Assembly (NCBI GenBank): GCA_041641295.1
Contig: JBEPYO010000001.1
Span: 512,001 to 576,000 of the forward strand
Origin: Nitrososphaerota archaeon
GTDB taxonomy: Archaea > Thermoproteota > Nitrososphaeria_A > Caldarchaeales > Calditenuaceae
DNA length: 64,000 nt
Reading direction: 5' to 3'
A program made the translations under genes and the position numbers. Below, one piece after another: positions 59,319 through 64,000 of this stretch. The notes beneath the pieces are model-generated. The model saw only the letters and a list, made by a program, of their open reading frames with translations. It was not told the DNA's origin and did no database searches. Numbering within the stretch: position 1 is the first letter of the stretch; every line of letters begins with the position of its first letter.

Positions 59319-60491
59319 ATGAGTAGGGCTAGGCAGCTCACTATACTCTCTCTGAGCCACTTCGTCAACGACCTGTACGGCAGTGTCCTCCCACCGCTCT
59401 ACCCATTACTGGCTAGTATCTACAGCCTCACCTATGCGTCTGCAGGACTCTACACCGCGGCCTACCTCTTCTCCAGCGCCCTCCTCCAGCCCATATTCGG
59501 ATACGTCTTCGACAAGTATAGGTGGTGGTTCATGCTTCCCCTCTCACTTGTCCTCGGCGCCGTCGGTATAGGTGCGGTAGGGTTGGCCGCGGGGTTTGAA
59601 GCCTCGCTTCTATTCGTCGCAGTTGCTGGGACAGGCTCAGCAATATTCCATCCAGTAGCCTCGGCCTACTCCTCCTACAGCTCCGCTAGACGAGGCCTCC
59701 TCTTCTCCGTGTTCATGATAGCTGGCAGGATCGGCGCGGCCGTGGCTCCCTTCCTCGCTCTGAGGGCCACGGATGAGTGGGGTCTCTACGGCTTGGCAGT
59801 GTTTGCTATACCCGCACTACTCATCCTATACTTCACCATCAGGATTGGGGAGTATGAGGGGACTAGGCCTAATGGAGCATTCGTAGAGGGCGGTAGGCAT
59901 GAGACAAGGTTACTAGCGAGGGGCAAGCTTCTAATCCTCACAGCGCTCGTCGGGCTTACGGGCATAGGCGCACAGATAGCAGCTAATGGTGTCGTCAGTT
60001 TCATCTCATTCTTGGCAGTTGCAAAGGGGCTTGGACAGGGGTTCGGCGGCCTACTCCTGACGGTTCATTTCGTTGGAGCGATAATTGGTGTTCCCTTGAC
60101 CAGCTACTTATCCGACCTTAAGGGCAGGTATGTAGTCTCGATATTTTTGCTGGGTGTGGCCTCCCTCCTCCTCATGCCCCTCCCCCTCCTCGACCCAAGC
60201 GGCATGGTCCTCGCCTCTGCAGTCCTAGGCGCCTGCTTCATATCACTCCACACCCTCTTAATCCTGATTATGCACGAGATTATGCCGGAGCACAAGGGCC
60301 TGGCCACCAGTGTGATATACGGGGTTGCACTGGGTGGTGGTGGACTCCTGACACCCGTGATAGGTTACATGATAGATGTGGGCGGCTTCACTACTGGATA
60401 CACGGTCCTATCGGTAATCGGCCTGCTCTCACTGATGCCGCTGGCGGCCGTGTGGCGGCTAAGAAGAGGGGTTAGCCCTATTCCTCCCTAG
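59319..60491 (+). CDS. MFS transporter (Fsr-like)
   Basis: SHFVNDLY...LPPLYP, LQPIFG, GSAIFHP, LSDLKGR. Confidence 0.9.
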   Translation: MSRARQLTILSLSHFVNDLYGSVLPPLYPLLASIYSLTYASAGLYTAAYLFSSALLQPIFGYVFDKYRWWFMLPLSLVLGAVGIGAVGLAAGFEASLLFVAVAGTGSAIFHPVASAYSSYSSARRGLLFSVFMIAGRIGAAVAPFLALRATDEWGLYGLAVFAIPALLILYFTIRIGEYEGTRPNGAFVEGGRHETRLLARGKLLILTALVGLTGIGAQIAANGVVSFISFLAVAKGLGQGFGGLLLTVHFVGAIIGVPLTSYLSDLKGRYVVSIFLLGVASLLLMPLPLLDPSGMVLASAVLGACFISLHTLLILIMHEIMPEHKGLATSVIYGVALGGGGLLTPVIGYMIDVGGFTTGYTVLSVIGLLSLMPLAAVWRLRRGVSPIPP

Positions 60492-61464
60492 AGTAGGGTT
60501 TTCCCAGGGCTGCTGGAGCCGGAATCCGCCCCTTGCTGGCCAGCGAGATCAGTACTAGTGTCACAATTGTTATGATGTAGGGGAGCATCATTATGAGCTG
60601 AGGAGTCTCAGCACCGAAGCCACGAAGCGGTATGCGGAACTGGAGGCTCTCGACACCGCCGAAGAGGAAGGAGGCGGCTATGGCTCTGAGGGGGCTCCAT
60701 GAGGAGAGGATTACGAGGCTGAGGGCTATGAATCCGCGGCTCCGTGTCAGGTTCTCGACCCAGAAGGGCTGGTAGCCTATGAACAGGTATGCGCCAGCCA
60801 CGCCAGCAAGCGCCGAGCCTATTACCACTGCGAGGTATCTGATGGCGAAGACGTTTACTCCGGCGGTATCTGCTAGGGCCGGGTTCTCACCCACGCTCCG
60901 CAGCGACAACCCCCACTTGGTCCTGAAGAGGATGAACCAGAGCAGGACGGCTGAGGCGAGGCCGGCGTAGACGAGGGCGTTCTGTGAGAAGAGGGCCCTG
61001 CCAATAATCGGGATGCCTGCTAGGAATTCCACCCTGACCTCAGGCAGCCTGGGAGCTTGCTTAAGCTCCGCCAGAAACTCGGGCACAGAGGGGTTCAGAG
61101 CCTTCAGCAGCTCCCTAGCCACTTCAGGCGCACCCATGAAGGCGCTCAGCCCTAGTCCGAGCCAGGTTATCGCCAGGCCCACCACTATCTGGTTCAGCCT
61201 GAGTGAGACCGAGAGGAAGGCGTGGAGTAGTCCGAAGACTGCTCCCACCAGGGCTGCCGCTAGGATTGCCGCCAAGTGGCCGTAGGCGAGTGTGATGATG
61301 AAGGATGTTATCGCTCCCATCGCCATTATGCCCTCGAGGCCAAGGTTTATCACCCCAGACCTCTCAGTTACGCACTCACCCACAGACGCTATGAGATAGA
61401 TTGTACCTGCTGACACGGCGCTAGTCAATATCGCCTCTATGAAGGATAGAGACTCTAGGGTCAT
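60478..61464 (-). CDS. Nucleoside/sugar (BMP-type) ABC transporter permease 2
   Basis: GECVTERSGVINLGLEGIM, RSVGENP, GFIAL, APAALGKPY. Confidence 0.92.
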   Translation of the reverse strand: MTLESLSFIEAILTSAVSAGTIYLIASVGECVTERSGVINLGLEGIMAMGAITSFIITLAYGHLAAILAAALVGAVFGLLHAFLSVSLRLNQIVVGLAITWLGLGLSAFMGAPEVARELLKALNPSVPEFLAELKQAPRLPEVRVEFLAGIPIIGRALFSQNALVYAGLASAVLLWFILFRTKWGLSLRSVGENPALADTAGVNVFAIRYLAVVIGSALAGVAGAYLFIGYQPFWVENLTRSRGFIALSLVILSSWSPLRAIAASFLFGGVESLQFRIPLRGFGAETPQLIMMLPYIITIVTLVLISLASKGRIPAPAALGKPYSREE

Positions 61465-62588
61465 GCCACCCCTTCACCACGCCCAACCACGATGGTGAGG
61501 CGATGCCTCTTCACAAACTCCGCGACAATAGTGGCCAAGAAGATCATAGCCATTATGATCTCCACCCCCGACTTGGGCATCTGGAGGCCTGCCTGGAGGA
61601 GGTCGCCGCCAGTCACGAGCATTCCGAAGAGGATTGATGAGAAGAATACCGCGGGTGGGTAGAGGCCGCCCAGCATGGAGGCGATTATTGCGTGGTAGCC
61701 GTAGCCCGGGGAGGCTCCCGGTCTAAGCCTACCTATCAGGCCGCTGACCACGATAAGCCCTGCCAAGCCCGCCAAGGCCCCGCTGATGAGGACACCTCTA
61801 ACCAAGATGGAGCTTATGCTGAGCCCAGCATACCTCGAGGCATATATGTTGAGGCCCACAATTTTGGACTCAAACCCAAAGACTGTGTACTTGAAGACCA
61901 AGAACGTTAGGACTGTCGCGGCCAAGGCTATGGCTAGGTATGCCACCGCGTCTGGGACGCCTGGGATTGATATCTTGGCGGCTGCTGGGAACTGGACCGT
62001 CTGTGCAAATCCGTACCCGGCCGGGTCCTTCCAAGCACCATGTACTAGAAAGTCCGCGAGTAGAATGGCTGTGTAGTTAAGCATTAGGGTTGTTATTATC
62101 TCGTTGGCGCCGAACCTGACCTTTAGGACTGCCGGGATTAGGCCCCACGCGCCTCCAGCCATCATGGAGGCCGCGACCACCGCGGGCAGCAAGAGCTGCT
62201 CTCCGGGACCATATCCGGCACTGTGTAGGACGATGACACCGGTAGCGGCTATCATCCCCATGTATAGCTGCCCCTCGGCTCCTATGTTCCAGAAACCCAT
62301 CCTATACGAGTAGCATAGGCCTATGGCCGCCAAGATTATGGGGGCAGACCTCCTGAAGACCTCCTCGAGCATTATGGGGCTCAGGAGGGTTGTGAAGAAG
62401 GACCTGTAGATGTGGAGCGCGCTGAAGCCTAGGAACTGGAAGATGATCCCCGAGGCTAGGAAGGCGAAGAGCAGCATCCCGAGAGAGACGATTATCGAGT
62501 AGCGCGGGGTTACTTCAGGCCTCCTCTCAACCCTCACGGATAGCCTGAGGCCGCCGGGGAGGCTACGCCGAAGCACTGGCAGCCACAC
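61461..62588 (-). CDS. Nucleoside/sugar (BMP-type) ABC transporter permease 1
   Basis: WNIGAEGQ, NEIITTLMLNY, SGALAGLAG, GYGY. Start uncertain. Confidence 0.92.
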   Translation of the reverse strand: MWLPVLRRSLPGGLRLSVRVERRPEVTPRYSIIVSLGMLLFAFLASGIIFQFLGFSALHIYRSFFTTLLSPIMLEEVFRRSAPIILAAIGLCYSYRMGFWNIGAEGQLYMGMIAATGVIVLHSAGYGPGEQLLLPAVVAASMMAGGAWGLIPAVLKVRFGANEIITTLMLNYTAILLADFLVHGAWKDPAGYGFAQTVQFPAAAKISIPGVPDAVAYLAIALAATVLTFLVFKYTVFGFESKIVGLNIYASRYAGLSISSILVRGVLISGALAGLAGLIVVSGLIGRLRPGASPGYGYHAIIASMLGGLYPPAVFFSSILFGMLVTGGDLLQAGLQMPKSGVEIIMAMIFLATIVAEFVKRHRLTIVVGRGEGVA

Positions 62589-64000
62589 CCCTTGACATCA
62601 TAATTCCGAGAAGCTCCGGGGTGGCCTCACCCCGCCTAACCACACCCACAACCCTGCCACCATACATTACAACAATTCTGTCGCTCAGCTCAAGAATCTC
62701 GTCCAAGTCCTCACTCAGCACTAGAACCCCAACACCCTCTGACCTCAATCTTGAAAGTATCCGCCTAACCTGTTCGGAGGCAGCTATGTCCAGCCCCTTT
62801 GTTGGGTAGGCGGCCACCAGTAGTGAGGGCTTTGAGGTTGTGAGTTCTCTGCCAAGTATAAGTCTCTGGACATTCCCACCTGAGAGCGACCCTGCCCTAC
62901 TCTTTATGGAGGAAGTATCGACCCTGAACTCCGAGACGACTTTTCCCGCCACCTCAGCGACCTTCCTCCAATTTATCACACCCATCCTCGAATAGGGCTT
63001 ATACCTCGCAACACGTAGCGCCACATTCTCATAGATGCTTAGCTCCGGAACGATCCCCCACTTCTTACCTTCCGGTGGGATGTAGGTTAGGCCGAGCTCC
63101 ATCAGCCTCCTAGGAGAGGCACCTGTCACGTCTAGACCGTTGAGCATAATCTTGCCGCGGACTGGCTTCCTGAGACCTGCTATCGCCTCGACAAGCTCTA
63201 TCTGTCCATTACCGCTCACGCCGGCAATGCCGACAATCTCTCCCCGATTCACTGTCAGGTCAGCATCTCTCACCGCTAGGACTCCCTCATCACCCATTAC
63301 TGAGAGGCCTGAGACCTGTAGTGTAGGCGCATCAACAGCAGGATAGGTGGGCCTCTCCTCTAAGCCCGCATTCCCAATAAGCTGCCCCCCAACCATCGCT
63401 GCCGACAACTCCTCGATGGTGGCCTCCCTAGTCGGCTTGGAGAGGACAATTCTACCGCGCCGCATCACAGTGACCCTGTCGCTAACACTCATCGCCTCGC
63501 TCAGCTTATGAGTTATGAGGACGATGCTCTTCCCCTCTTCGGCCATCCTCCTCATGGTCTTAAAGAGGACCTTTGTCTCAATTGGTGTTAGGACGCTGGT
63601 AGGCTCATCGAGGAGGAGGATGTCCGCTCCCCTGACGAGGAGTTTGAGTAGCTCGACCTGCTGCTTCTCACCGGGTGAGAGGTCGCCCACCCTAGCCCTA
63701 GGATTCAGCCGCCAGCCATAGTTCGACGCTATCTCCTCAAGCCGAGACTCGAGGGCCGACCACTTCGGAATAAAGCCCAGGCCATCATAGTTGAGAAAAA
63801 CATTCTCCACGACCGTGTGGGCCTCTATGAGCCGGAAGTCTTGGTGGACCATACCTATCCCGAGCCTGATGGCGTCGCGGGGACTCCTCAGCCTAACCGG
63901 GACCCCCCGGACCCTTATGACACCGGCGTCGGGCGTGTAGATGCCGTATAGAATATTCATCAGGGTTGTCTTCCCAGCCCCATTCTCACCGAGCAGGGCG
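62563..64000 (-). CDS. Nucleoside/sugar ABC transporter double ATPase, 5' end outside the window
   Basis: LLGENGAGKTTLMNILYG at the window edge; LDEPTSVL, ITHKL, LSGGNVQR, SEDLDE. Confidence 0.93.
   Translation of the reverse strand, partial: ALLGENGAGKTTLMNILYGIYTPDAGVIRVRGVPVRLRSPRDAIRLGIGMVHQDFRLIEAHTVVENVFLNYDGLGFIPKWSALESRLEEIASNYGWRLNPRARVGDLSPGEKQQVELLKLLVRGADILLLDEPTSVLTPIETKVLFKTMRRMAEEGKSIVLITHKLSEAMSVSDRVTVMRRGRIVLSKPTREATIEELSAAMVGGQLIGNAGLEERPTYPAVDAPTLQVSGLSVMGDEGVLAVRDADLTVNRGEIVGIAGVSGNGQIELVEAIAGLRKPVRGKIMLNGLDVTGASPRRLMELGLTYIPPEGKKWGIVPELSIYENVALRVARYKPYSRMGVINWRKVAEVAGKVVSEFRVDTSSIKSRAGSLSGGNVQRLILGRELTTSKPSLLVAAYPTKGLDIAASEQVRRILSRLRSEGVGVLVLSEDLDEILELSDRIVVMYGGRVVGVVRRGEATPELLGIMMSRGVAASASA

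Overview
Gene-dense chromosomal segment from a thermophilic archaeon. An archaeal 23S rRNA, type-A RNase P RNA, Rpo12, Rpp21, AglB, a crenarchaeal-type SSB and a GDGT ring-synthase-like radical SAM enzyme point to the TACK/Thermoproteota group, plausibly Caldarchaeales ('Aigarchaeota'); the lineage is an inference. The window holds about 60 CDS, a stand-alone 23S rRNA gene with a perfect bulge-helix-bulge processing stem, rnpB and tRNA-Leu(GAG). I see no CRISPR array, transposase or integrase. Four observations stand out. (1) A rhodanese gene is followed by an LbpA/GcvH-like domain that has lost its lipoyl-lysine and is fused to a TusA-like sulfur carrier, a candidate lipoate-independent sulfur relay. 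(2) A CuA-linked heme-copper enzyme has HNLME in place of HPxVY and His/Met at the low-spin heme, so it looks like an nNOR-type NO reductase, and it converges on an NnrS-like gene. (3) There are eukaryote-like glycosylation components: an STT3-like AglB, an OSTC/DC2 (OST3/6-family)-like protein and a DPM2-like microprotein. (4) There is a CydAA'-type bd oxidase. All protein calls come from motif recognition by eye and from memory of the families; no database searches were run.
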